From Candidatus Spongiisociaceae bacterium (GTDB taxonomy: Bacteria > Actinomycetota > Acidimicrobiia > Spongiisociales > Spongiisociaceae), in contig CBDCOH010000002.1 of the NCBI GenBank assembly GCA_965219685.1, positions 4,096,001-4,160,000 of the forward strand: DNA of 64,000 nt. Direction: 5' to 3'. This document shows positions 38,605 through 47,378 of the stretch, piece after piece. Within the stretch, counting starts at the first letter, position 1. The number at the start of each line of letters is the position of its first letter. The notes beneath the pieces were generated by a model. It had not been told where the DNA came from and did not search any database. It saw only the letters and a program-made list of their open reading frames with translations. Both the position numbers and the translations under genes were made by a program.

Positions 38605-41030
38605 CCATCCCCGCCTCCGCGCCTCCCGGCGGTCCCGGGTTCGCTACTGTCGAGTCGGCCCGGTTCGTCCGCGGGGACGGCGCCTTCATCGACGACTTCG
38701 ACGCCCGGGGCATGCTGCACATGGCTCTGGTCCGGAGCCCGTTCGCCCACGCCAGGATCACCGGGATCGACGCCGCCGAGGCACGAGAGATGCCGGGGGT
38801 CCACGGTGTCATCACGGCACATGAAGTTGCGGAGCGGACCCGTCCGATCTTCACGCTCGCAGACGTGGCCGATCCGCCCCTGCCCATCCCCATGTACGCG
38901 CTGGCGGCGGGAAAAGTACGACATGCGGGCGAGGCGGTGGCGGCGGTGGTCGCCACCAGCCGGGACCTGGCCGAGGACGCCTGCCGCCGGGTAGTGGTCG
39001 ACTACGAGCCGCTCGAGCCCGTCCCGACCGTCGAGGCGGCCACCGCCGACGGTGCAACGCTGATCCACGAGGGCCTCGGCTCGAACGTGGCCATGCGGCG
39101 CAGGATCGATTGGGGCGACCCCGGAGCCGCCTTCGACGACGCTGTTCACGTCGTGCGCCGCACCATGCACTGGGGCCGCCACAGTGGAGCGGCGCTCGAC
39201 CCGTTCGGGGTCGTGGCGGCGTTCAACCCGGGACGGGGCGAACTCACCTACTGGAGCAACTCGCAGAGCAATGCGCTGCTCTGGACGCTGGGGGACACGC
39301 TCGGGCTCCCCACCCACAAGGTGCAGGGGGTTCCGCGGGACGTCGGAGGCGCATTCGGGGGGAAGTTCTGGGTGCCCCGCAACATGGTGCTGGTGGGGAT
39401 GTTCGCGATGGACACCGGCCGCCACGTCAAGTACGTCGAGGATCGCTGGGAGAACCTGATCGTGGGTGACAACCACGGCGAGGACCGCTACTACGACGCC
39501 GGACTGGCGCTGGACGGAGACGGTCGCATGCTCGGGATGACCCTGCGGGTGGTCGAGGACTACGGCGCCTACTTCCTGCTCGGTCCCGCCGCCAACTCCA
39601 GCCCACTGGCCCAGGCCACCGGGCCGTACCGTATCCCGTCGATAGGGGTGGACTTCACCGCCGTCCTCACCAACAAGACCAACCAGGGCGCCTACCGGGG
39701 CCTCGGCGCCTCGCCGATGACGATGATCCTGGAGCGTCTGGTGGACGCAGCCGCCGACCGGCTCGGTCTGCCGCGCGAAGAGATCCGCCGACGCAACTTC
39801 ATCCATCCGGACGAGTTCCCCTTCAAGACCCCCGTTGGCAATGTCTACGACTCGGGCGACTACCCGGCCGCCCTCGAACACGCTCTCGAGTTCGGGCGGG
39901 TGGAGGAGTGGCGTCGGCGCCAGGAGGAGGCTCGACTCCAGGGCAGGTACATCGGCGTCGGCCTGGCCACCGCCCAGGAGCGGAGCGTCCCGAGCATGAC
40001 CGAGCTCTGGGTTCTGTTCGAGAGTCCGGGAAGGCGCCCGACCACCTCGGCCGAGACGGTCACCTGCCGCATCGACTCCCACGCCCACCTGTCGATCCTC
40101 CTCCACTCTCCCTCGCTGGGGACCTCGCCGGAGACGGTGGCCGTGATGGTGGCCTCGGAGGAGTTGGGCATCGACCCTGCACACATCGTCGTGGATCGCC
40201 TTACCACCAGGGCGGCCGGCCCGGCAATGGGTCCGGCCGGGAGCCGCATGACGGTGATGACCTCCGGCGCGCTGAACGGCGCTCTGTCGGAGATAAAGGA
40301 GAAGCTGGTCCGCATCGCCGCGCACCTCCTCGAAGCGGCGCCCGAGGATGTCGTGTACGACCCGGATACGCCCGGGTGCCACGTGCGCGGTGCGCCCGGG
40401 CCGGTCAAGACCTTCGCCGAGTTGGCCCTGGTCGCCAATACCGCCAGCCTCCTGCTGCCACCCGGCGAGTCGAGCGGGCTCGAGGCGACCCATACCTACG
40501 ACCACCCGCTGGCCACCATGCCCGGTCCCGACGGCGACTGGGGGAGTTTCAACCCGATCATGGGACACTCGGTACACATCCCGGTGGTGGAGGTCGACAT
40601 CGAGACCGGTCTCGTGAGCTTCCTCGACTACGCGGTGGTGCACGACTGCGGAACGGTGCTGAACCCGCCGGCGGTGCGGGGCCAGATCCTCGGCGGGATA
40701 TGCCAGGGGATAGGAAGCGCCCTGTACGAGGAGTTCGTCTACGACGAGTCGGCCACCCCGCTCAACGGAAGCTTCGCCACCTACCTCATGCCCACCTTCG
40801 CGGAGATGCCCAGGGTCCGGATCGAGCACCTGGTGACGCCGTCGCCCTTCACCTACAAGGGAATGAAGGGAACGGGCGAAGGGGGGCGCATCGGCGCGCC
40901 TGCGGCCATCGCCTCGGCCATCGAGGATGCCCTGGCGCCCCTCGGCGTGGTGGTCGACCAGGTGCCTATGACTTCGGAGAGGCTGCTCGGGCGCATCAAG
41001 GAGGCCCGGCAGCGGATAGGAGGAGGTTGA
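38601..41030 (+). CDS. Xanthine-oxidase-family molybdopterin subunit
   Basis: GGAFGGK, AYRGLG, GSR, KGTGE. Confidence 0.93.
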   Translation: MTIPASAPPGGPGFATVESARFVRGDGAFIDDFDARGMLHMALVRSPFAHARITGIDAAEAREMPGVHGVITAHEVAERTRPIFTLADVADPPLPIPMYALAAGKVRHAGEAVAAVVATSRDLAEDACRRVVVDYEPLEPVPTVEAATADGATLIHEGLGSNVAMRRRIDWGDPGAAFDDAVHVVRRTMHWGRHSGAALDPFGVVAAFNPGRGELTYWSNSQSNALLWTLGDTLGLPTHKVQGVPRDVGGAFGGKFWVPRNMVLVGMFAMDTGRHVKYVEDRWENLIVGDNHGEDRYYDAGLALDGDGRMLGMTLRVVEDYGAYFLLGPAANSSPLAQATGPYRIPSIGVDFTAVLTNKTNQGAYRGLGASPMTMILERLVDAAADRLGLPREEIRRRNFIHPDEFPFKTPVGNVYDSGDYPAALEHALEFGRVEEWRRRQEEARLQGRYIGVGLATAQERSVPSMTELWVLFESPGRRPTTSAETVTCRIDSHAHLSILLHSPSLGTSPETVAVMVASEELGIDPAHIVVDRLTTRAAGPAMGPAGSRMTVMTSGALNGALSEIKEKLVRIAAHLLEAAPEDVVYDPDTPGCHVRGAPGPVKTFAELALVANTASLLLPPGESSGLEATHTYDHPLATMPGPDGDWGSFNPIMGHSVHIPVVEVDIETGLVSFLDYAVVHDCGTVLNPPAVRGQILGGICQGIGSALYEEFVYDESATPLNGSFATYLMPTFAEMPRVRIEHLVTPSPFTYKGMKGTGEGGRIGAPAAIASAIEDALAPLGVVVDQVPMTSERLLGRIKEARQRIGGG

Positions 41031-41773
41031 TGCCAGACGTTGTCGGATACCGGGCCAAGTTCGGGGTGATCGTGCCGTCCACCAACACGGTTGTCGAGCA
41101 CGACTTCAACATGATCGGGCCGCGCGGTGTCACGTTCCACACCGGCCGCATGTACATCGAGGTTCCCACCCTCGACTCCGACGAGACGTTCCTGGCTCTG
41201 ATCGGCCAGATTCGCGACTCGATCTCGGTGGCGGTCCGGGACGTGCTCACCTGCCGTCCCGACTACATGGTGATGGGGATGTCGGCGGAGACCTTCTGGA
41301 ACGGGGTGGAGGGCAACCGGCGTTTCGAGGCCCGCATCAGGGACGCCACCGGCCTGGAGTTGAGCACGGGGGCCACCAGTTGCCGGACCGCTCTGGAACT
41401 GCTGGGAGTCGAGCGGATCGCCGTCCTCACCCCCTACCAGCCGGTCGCCGACCGGGAGGTGGCCCGGTTTTTCGCCGAGGCCGGATTCTCGGTGAGGAGG
41501 GCGGAGGGCCTCAAGTGCCCGACGGCCACTTCCATCGCCGAGGTCACGCGGCCCAGGCTGATCGACGTGTTGCGGGACCTTGACGGAGAGGATGTGGACG
41601 CCATCGTCCAGGCGGGCACCAACCTGTCGATGGTGCGCCTGGCCGCCGAGGCCGAGGAATGGCTGGGCAAGCCGGTCATCGCCATCAATGCCGCCACCCT
41701 CTGGCACGCCCTGCGGACGAACGGGTTCGACGACCGCTTCGAGGGGTTCGGTTCGCTACTCGCCGAGCACTAG
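41030..41773 (+). CDS. Maleate isomerase/arylmalonate decarboxylase-fold protein
   Basis: GVIVPSTNTVVEHD, IAVLTPY, GKPVIAIN; AGGAGG upstream. Confidence 0.88.
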   Translation: MPDVVGYRAKFGVIVPSTNTVVEHDFNMIGPRGVTFHTGRMYIEVPTLDSDETFLALIGQIRDSISVAVRDVLTCRPDYMVMGMSAETFWNGVEGNRRFEARIRDATGLELSTGATSCRTALELLGVERIAVLTPYQPVADREVARFFAEAGFSVRRAEGLKCPTATSIAEVTRPRLIDVLRDLDGEDVDAIVQAGTNLSMVRLAAEAEEWLGKPVIAINAATLWHALRTNGFDDRFEGFGSLLAEH

Positions 41774-41775
41774 GT

Positions 41776-41803
41776 TGGTGATTGGTGAATGGTGAATGGT
41801 GGT
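41776..41803. repeat. Heptamer array TGGTGAA-like x4
   Basis: tggtgat tggtgaa tggtgaa tggtggt just after the stop. Confidence 0.8.
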
Positions 41804-41980
41804 GACTCTGGAGGGTACTCGACTGCCGTGCCAGGACCGACCACGATGAGCCAGGTGTCGTAACCGTTTACGGGCAACTGGCAAGTTGGTGGCGTGCGTT
41901 ACCCCCGGATATCGCGGCCATACGGAAAGAGATTCGGGCTACGCTGGACTTTGGCGGCGGGTTGGCGGAACGGAGGCCCA

Positions 41981-42637
41981 ATGACCGACGGTATCGATCT
42001 GAACGCCGACTACGAGGCGGCCGGATTCAAGCGGAGCCTCGAGCCGGGAGAGCACCCGGCGCTCCTCGTCATCGACTTCGTAAATGCCTATCTCGACCGG
42101 ACCTCGCCCTTGTACGCGGGCGTGGAGGAGGCTCTGGATTCCGCGGTCCGCGTGCTTGCCGCGGCCCGGAAGAGTGCCACACCGGTGGTCTACACCAAGG
42201 TGGTCTACACGCCGGGCGGGGTCGACGGCGGCATCTTCTACCGCAAGATCCCGGTCCTGGAGGTGTTCGACGCCGGATCCCCGCTTGGCGAGATACCCGA
42301 CGAACTCGCTCCCGCAACGGACGAGATCGTCATATACAAGCAGTACGCAAGCGCCTTCTTCGGCACCTCGCTGGCTTCCACGCTGACTGCCCTCGGTGTC
42401 GACACCGTCGTGATCGTGGGCCTGTCCACGAGCGGGTGTGTCAGGGCATCCGCCGTGGACGCCATGCAGTACGGCTTCATACCGATCGTGGTGGCCGATG
42501 CGGTCGGTGATCGAGACCCGAGGCCACACGAGGCCAACCTGTTCGACCTGCAAGCCAAGTACGCGGAGGTGGTGACCGAGGACGACGCCATCAAATACCT
42601 CTGGTCTGTCCGTGCCACTATCCACCAGCCACAATGA
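41981..42637 (+). CDS. Isochorismatase-family amidohydrolase (NicF/CSHase-like)
   Basis: Asp-Lys-Cys triad: VIDF, KQYASAFFGT, STSGCVRAS. Confidence 0.9.
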   Translation: MTDGIDLNADYEAAGFKRSLEPGEHPALLVIDFVNAYLDRTSPLYAGVEEALDSAVRVLAAARKSATPVVYTKVVYTPGGVDGGIFYRKIPVLEVFDAGSPLGEIPDELAPATDEIVIYKQYASAFFGTSLASTLTALGVDTVVIVGLSTSGCVRASAVDAMQYGFIPIVVADAVGDRDPRPHEANLFDLQAKYAEVVTEDDAIKYLWSVRATIHQPQ

Positions 42638-43539
42638 CGAGCGGCATCCTCATCACCAAGCAGTTGGGCGCCACCATGGCGGTTCCCAACCCTGCCCGCA
42701 CGGCGGACGCGCTGGCCGGGGCCTTCGAGTGGAGGATCCGCGATACGGGCGACCTGGCGGAGCGTTGGTCCTCGCTCGAGATCCCGGAGCCCGACTCGAT
42801 CATCATGGGTCCGCCGGAGGCAACCCGCGGGCTGGTCCGCTTGGTCCGGACGGCGGACGGGGAGGAACGCGGTCGGCTTCCCCGCGCCTGGTCCTCGGTG
42901 GAGCCGGTGGTGCGCGACCTCGACCGGCTGGTGGCGGAACTCGACCGGCACCCGGACTTCGAGCTCACCAGCCCCGGGATCGAACTCGACATGCGGGACC
43001 ACGGGAGCAACATCCACGAGGCAGCGGTCGCGCGGCTGCATGACTGCCTGTTCGTGCTGACCATGGCCGTTACCCAGCCCGCCGAGCGAGACTTTCCCGA
43101 GTCGCCCTCCCGGGTCGGCCACATCTTCGCTTCCCATCTCCGGTCGACCGAGGCCGATGCAGCCCGGCGTCTCTACTCGGAAGTGTTCGGCATGCGTCCG
43201 CTCATGGTGGTGGAAGGCCACGACACCTTCATCCACCAGTTCTGGGGCGTCGACAGCCGCTACCCGGTGCGGGTCGATGTGTTGCAAGGGGTCACAGAAG
43301 GACTCGGGCTTGGAGCTGTGGAGGTCCAGTCATGGCCCCGCGGCTACCTCGGCCGCTACGTGACCGAGCCGGTCCCGCCCGGGATCGCCGCCGTCACCTA
43401 CCAGGCACCCGACCTCGGAGCCGCCCGCTCTGCGGTCGCCCGGGCCGGGATTACGGTGGTGGGCGAGGACCCGGAGGGTTTCATCGTGCGCGGAGCGGAA
43501 GGCGAGCTTTTCGAGGTCACGTCGACGGATTGGGTCTGA
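42634..43539 (+). CDS. Two-domain VOC protein
   Basis: GLVRLV, LYSEVFGM, PPGIAAVTY, GAEGELFEV. Confidence 0.78.
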   Translation: MTSGILITKQLGATMAVPNPARTADALAGAFEWRIRDTGDLAERWSSLEIPEPDSIIMGPPEATRGLVRLVRTADGEERGRLPRAWSSVEPVVRDLDRLVAELDRHPDFELTSPGIELDMRDHGSNIHEAAVARLHDCLFVLTMAVTQPAERDFPESPSRVGHIFASHLRSTEADAARRLYSEVFGMRPLMVVEGHDTFIHQFWGVDSRYPVRVDVLQGVTEGLGLGAVEVQSWPRGYLGRYVTEPVPPGIAAVTYQAPDLGAARSAVARAGITVVGEDPEGFIVRGAEGELFEVTSTDWV

Positions 43540-43557
43540 GGGCGGATCCGGACCGGC

Positions 43558-44481
43558 TCAACGGAACTCCGGTATCACCTCTGCGGCGAACTGCTCGATG
43601 GCCTCGAGGTCGAAGGGCGGCCGGTTGCCGAACACGTTCAGGTTGATCTGGTCCGCTCCGGCGTCGCGGTACGCGGCCACCTGCTCGATCACCTCGTCCA
43701 CCGTCCCCAGCAGCACCTCGCCGGGGCGCAGGTAGGAGGCGTCGATCAGCTCCCGGTAGGCGTTCGCCTCTGCAGGGGTGGTACCCATGTAGAACCCCAC
43801 GTTGATGGCCCTGTCGACAAGCCATGGGTGGCGTCCCTCCATCTCGAGCGCTTCCTGAAGCCGCCGGATGCGGGCTGCGTACTCGGCCGGGGTCATGTTG
43901 TTGCCGTTGTAGACGTCGGCGTACCGGGCCGCGATCGGGACGAGGCGGCGCATGCCCTTGCCGCCGATCCACAGCGGGATCCGGTGCTGGGCCGGCCGCG
44001 GGGTCAGCTTGGCCTTCTCGACGCGGAAGTAGCGTCCCCGGAACGTGAAACCTTTGCGATGGAGAAGGCCCGGCACGACGATGCATGCCTCTTCGAGCTG
44101 GTCGAGGCGTTCCCGCGCGGAGGGGTACCGGTAACCGAAGGCCGTGTACTCGGCTTCCATGGCGCCCGTGCCGAGGCCGAGCTCGACCCGTCCGTGGCTC
44201 CATCGGTCGATCGTGGCAACCGCCTTGGCTATCAGGCTGGGTGACCGGAAGCCCACCGCCCACACCAGGCAGCCGATCCGGATCCGGGTGGTCTCGAGTG
44301 CCAGAGCCGTGAGGGTCGCAACCGGCTCGTAGCAGACTGGCGATCCGTCGCCACGGGGGATCGGGTAGAAGTGATCCGACGTGAAGATCGTGTCGAACCC
44401 GACCTCCTCAGCCAGCCGCCAGACGTTGACCAGATCCTCCAGCGAGCACTCCTGCTGTCCCGTATGTAGCCCGAACCGCAT
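43558..44481 (-). CDS. LLM class F420-dependent oxidoreductase
   Basis: GFDTIFTSDHF, GRVELGLG, PLWIGGKG. Confidence 0.92.
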   Translation of the reverse strand: MRFGLHTGQQECSLEDLVNVWRLAEEVGFDTIFTSDHFYPIPRGDGSPVCYEPVATLTALALETTRIRIGCLVWAVGFRSPSLIAKAVATIDRWSHGRVELGLGTGAMEAEYTAFGYRYPSARERLDQLEEACIVVPGLLHRKGFTFRGRYFRVEKAKLTPRPAQHRIPLWIGGKGMRRLVPIAARYADVYNGNNMTPAEYAARIRRLQEALEMEGRHPWLVDRAINVGFYMGTTPAEANAYRELIDASYLRPGEVLLGTVDEVIEQVAAYRDAGADQINLNVFGNRPPFDLEAIEQFAAEVIPEFR

Positions 44482-44561
44482 CGATCGGCCTCCTCGTTAT
44501 TCCGTGGCGAATCCCTGAGAGGGGGGTTCCTACTATCAGTTATTCAGGGTACGTTAGGTGT

Positions 44562-44768
44562 ATGGAGGCCATCTCGGATTGGATCACCCCGGGGATCGTT
44601 GTCGCCGTGTCGAGCATGTTCTGGCGGCGCCTTGTGCGAATCGAGCATCGGTTCGATCGTTCGGAGGATCGTTTGGACGTCCTGACGCGAGGTGTGGCGG
44701 CCAACGGCGTGGCCATCGCTCGGCTCGAAGGTCGTCACCAAGGTCACCCGATCGCCACCGCCGAGTAG
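44562..44768 (+). CDS. Small TM plus coiled-coil hypothetical protein
   Basis: N-terminal hydrophobic helix then RFDRSEDRLD..IARLEG. Confidence 0.6.
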   Translation: MEAISDWITPGIVVAVSSMFWRRLVRIEHRFDRSEDRLDVLTRGVAANGVAIARLEGRHQGHPIATAE

Positions 44769-44810
44769 CCCTGCCGTCGAGGTCCGGCCCGGCAGTCCTG
44801 AACAGGCCCT

Positions 44811-45761
44811 CTACGGAACCACCACAACCCGGCCGCGGCCGCCCACGGCGGCATAGCCGGCAGCCATCTCCTCGATCGGAACGGTCAGCCGGACGATCGG
44901 CTTGAGGACGCCATGGGAGATATCGTCGAGCACCTCGGAGATGACCTCCTGGTAGCGGCCCGGCGGCGCCTGGTAGGCATGGAACCCCATGAGGCGGTGC
45001 TGGCGGATCATCGTGAGCGGGATGGTGAACTCGGAGTTCCTGCCGGCGCTGTACCCGATCAGCAGGTGGCGTGCCTTGGGAGCCCCGCACAGGATGGCGG
45101 CGTTCAGGTAGGGACCGCCTAGCGGGTCGATGATCACCTGCGCCCCCTTGCCGCCGGTGGTGGCCATGACTTCCCCGGTCAGGTTCTCAAGAGATACGGG
45201 GACGGCGTCCAGATCGTCCAGCGCCGACGTGTCGCGGGCCGCAGCCAGAACGGTTGCGCCGAAGGCGGCGGATATCTGGCAGGCGGCCCGACCCACCGAA
45301 CCTGTGGCTCCCAGCACCAGGACCGTTCCGTCGGGCCGCAGGCGCCCGTAGTCGAACAGGGCTTGGCGCGCCGAGATGCCACCGCTCACGCCGGCGGCCG
45401 CAAGCATCGGGTCGACCGCCCCGGGGATCGGCACGGCGGCCTCGTCGGGTACCGAGACCTGCTCCGCGGCCATTCCCGGCCTGCTGTTCCCCAGGCCGAA
45501 CGGTCCCCCGCCGACGTATACGAGTTGGCCGGGTTCGAACCTTGCCGAGCTTCGGACCCGACCCACGCCCGTTGCCCCGGGCTGGATGGGGAGAGGACCG
45601 GCGCCGGGCAGCATGCCCATGGCGATCTGGCGGTCGAGCGGAGCGATCTCCGCGGCGATCACGTCGATCAGGGTCTCACCGTCACCTGGTTCCGGCGGGT
45701 TGGTCTCGCTCACCGCCGGACCGGGCGGGTCGGTGAACTCGTGGATTCTCACAGCGCGCAT
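44811..45761 (-). CDS. MDR-family NADPH:quinone oxidoreductase-like protein
   Basis: MRAVRIHEF, VLVLGATGSVG, TGGKGA; GAGG upstream. Confidence 0.88.
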   Translation of the reverse strand: MRAVRIHEFTDPPGPAVSETNPPEPGDGETLIDVIAAEIAPLDRQIAMGMLPGAGPLPIQPGATGVGRVRSSARFEPGQLVYVGGGPFGLGNSRPGMAAEQVSVPDEAAVPIPGAVDPMLAAAGVSGGISARQALFDYGRLRPDGTVLVLGATGSVGRAACQISAAFGATVLAAARDTSALDDLDAVPVSLENLTGEVMATTGGKGAQVIIDPLGGPYLNAAILCGAPKARHLLIGYSAGRNSEFTIPLTMIRQHRLMGFHAYQAPPGRYQEVISEVLDDISHGVLKPIVRLTVPIEEMAAGYAAVGGRGRVVVVP

Positions 45762-45855
45762 TCCGGTACCTCCTCTGTAGTAGTGGCCCCGCCTGCGAGA
45801 CGATCCGGCGTGCCCTGCGAGGAACGCCGCTTCCGGCCCATGCCACACCGGTCCT

Positions 45856-47328
45856 TCACGGGTGGGTCACATGCGTGGGCCGGCGGACGAAGCGACCCCT
45901 GCGCCCTCCGGTGATCTGCCCGTCGGCGAGGACCTGCTGTCCGCGCAGGAACACGTCCTTGACCCGCCCGGTGAGTTCGTGCCCCTCGAAGGGGGTGTAC
46001 TCCTGGGCTGACTCGGAATCGGCCGCGCTGACCACGAACGACCTGTCCGGGTCGAGCACCACGAGGTCGGCGTCCATACCCGGGGCGATGTCCCCCTTTC
46101 GGTGCAGTCCGAAGCGGCGGGCGGGGTTGGCGCTGACGAGCTCTGCGACCCGGTTGGGAGACAGCCCTCGCTTGGTCCCCTCGCCGAACACTCCGGAGAG
46201 CAGGTATTCGGCCCCGCCGAATCCCGCCTTGGCCAGGAACACGTCGTCGCGGTCGGAGGGTGAGAACTTCATCTCGTCGAGGCAGCAGGCATGGTCGGAG
46301 ACCACCCAGTCCACGTTTCCCTCCAGCACGTGGCTCCAAAGGGCCTCGCGGTCGGCCTCGCTCCGCAGCGGCGGGTTGACCTTGCCGCCCAGCCCGCTGG
46401 CGGTGTCGTAGGTGGTCAGCAGGTGGCCCACGGTCACCTCGCGCCGGAAGTCGATATGGTCGAAGGTTGTCGCCATCAGCATGGCCGCTTCGAGTGCCTT
46501 GGCCGACGACAGGTGTAGGAGGTTGATGGTTGCCAACCCGGTCTCGTGGGCGAGGTAGGAGGCGACGGTCACCGCCAGGCCCTCCGAGTGGGGAGGCCTG
46601 GAGGCGCTGTAGGCCTCCAGGCCGGACAGGGTTGGGTCCCGTTCGACCCTTTCCGTGTAGGCGCGCATTATCTCCGCCGTCTCGCAGTGCAGGGAGAGGC
46701 TGATGCTGTCGGCGATTCCCGGGAAGCGTTCCCGAGCAGCCTGGATTCCCCGCATGACCACTTCGAAGTGGGCTACGTCGTACGATTCCCCCTCTGGCGT
46801 CATCAGAAACGAACGCTGGTCCGATGACTTGCCGTGGAGGCCGTGCCCGCCGTAGAACATGAAGATCTTGAAGGAGGGGATCCCGAAGTCCTCGATGATC
46901 GACGGGATCTCCTCGACATGATGGAGCATCATCGGCGCCACGTGGAAGCTGTAGTCGACGTGGGTGCGCCCTTCCGCCATATCCAGCGCCGCCGGTAGGA
47001 ATTCTGTGTAGGGGCCTCCCCGGTTCAGGTAGTACTGGCCGGTCCGGATATATGTGATGCCGGTCGTCACGCCACCCTGCGCGCATGCCCGGCTCTCGGT
47101 GGCTGCGTCGATATCGAGCGGGTTGTAGATTCCCCAATGCTGGTGGGTGTCCACCACACCCGGGAACACCATCAGGCCGCCGGCGTCATGGACGGGGGAG
47201 CCCGACGGGTCGATACCGGGCTCGATGCGGGCGATCTTCCCGGCTCTCACGGCCACGTCCAGGTGCTCCACGCCGGTTCGGAAAGGCCGGACGACCCTCC
47301 CGTTCTTAATGACCAGATCGTAAGACAC
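45856..47328 (-). CDS. Cyclic amidohydrolase (allantoinase/dihydroorotase-like)
   Basis: DTHQH, SFKIF, LHCE, LHLSS, SDHA, NPARRFGL. Confidence 0.92.
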   Translation of the reverse strand: MSYDLVIKNGRVVRPFRTGVEHLDVAVRAGKIARIEPGIDPSGSPVHDAGGLMVFPGVVDTHQHWGIYNPLDIDAATESRACAQGGVTTGITYIRTGQYYLNRGGPYTEFLPAALDMAEGRTHVDYSFHVAPMMLHHVEEIPSIIEDFGIPSFKIFMFYGGHGLHGKSSDQRSFLMTPEGESYDVAHFEVVMRGIQAARERFPGIADSISLSLHCETAEIMRAYTERVERDPTLSGLEAYSASRPPHSEGLAVTVASYLAHETGLATINLLHLSSAKALEAAMLMATTFDHIDFRREVTVGHLLTTYDTASGLGGKVNPPLRSEADREALWSHVLEGNVDWVVSDHACCLDEMKFSPSDRDDVFLAKAGFGGAEYLLSGVFGEGTKRGLSPNRVAELVSANPARRFGLHRKGDIAPGMDADLVVLDPDRSFVVSAADSESAQEYTPFEGHELTGRVKDVFLRGQQVLADGQITGGRRGRFVRRPTHVTHP

Positions 47329-47378
47329 CCCGGTGTCCCCTTTCGCCTCGGTCGGGCCGAACTCGCTGTGAAACTAGT

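Noticed and set aside
38514-40829. 771-aa minus-strand ORF, and similar long shadows such as 16059-17846 (-) and 49690-51807 (+)
   Set aside because: Antisense or off-frame shadows of well-supported genes in high-GC DNA, with no motifs.
39908-41029. N-terminal extension fusing to the isomerase-fold gene
   Set aside because: Off-frame overlap with the Mo subunit; ATG41030 has a good RBS and is coupled to the upstream stop.
37199-41030. Aerobic CO dehydrogenase coxMSL
   Set aside because: Lacks the AYxCSFR motif and cox accessory genes.
41804-41980. Possible riboswitch or sRNA upstream of the isochorismatase gene
   Set aside because: No recognisable consensus or convincing structure by eye.
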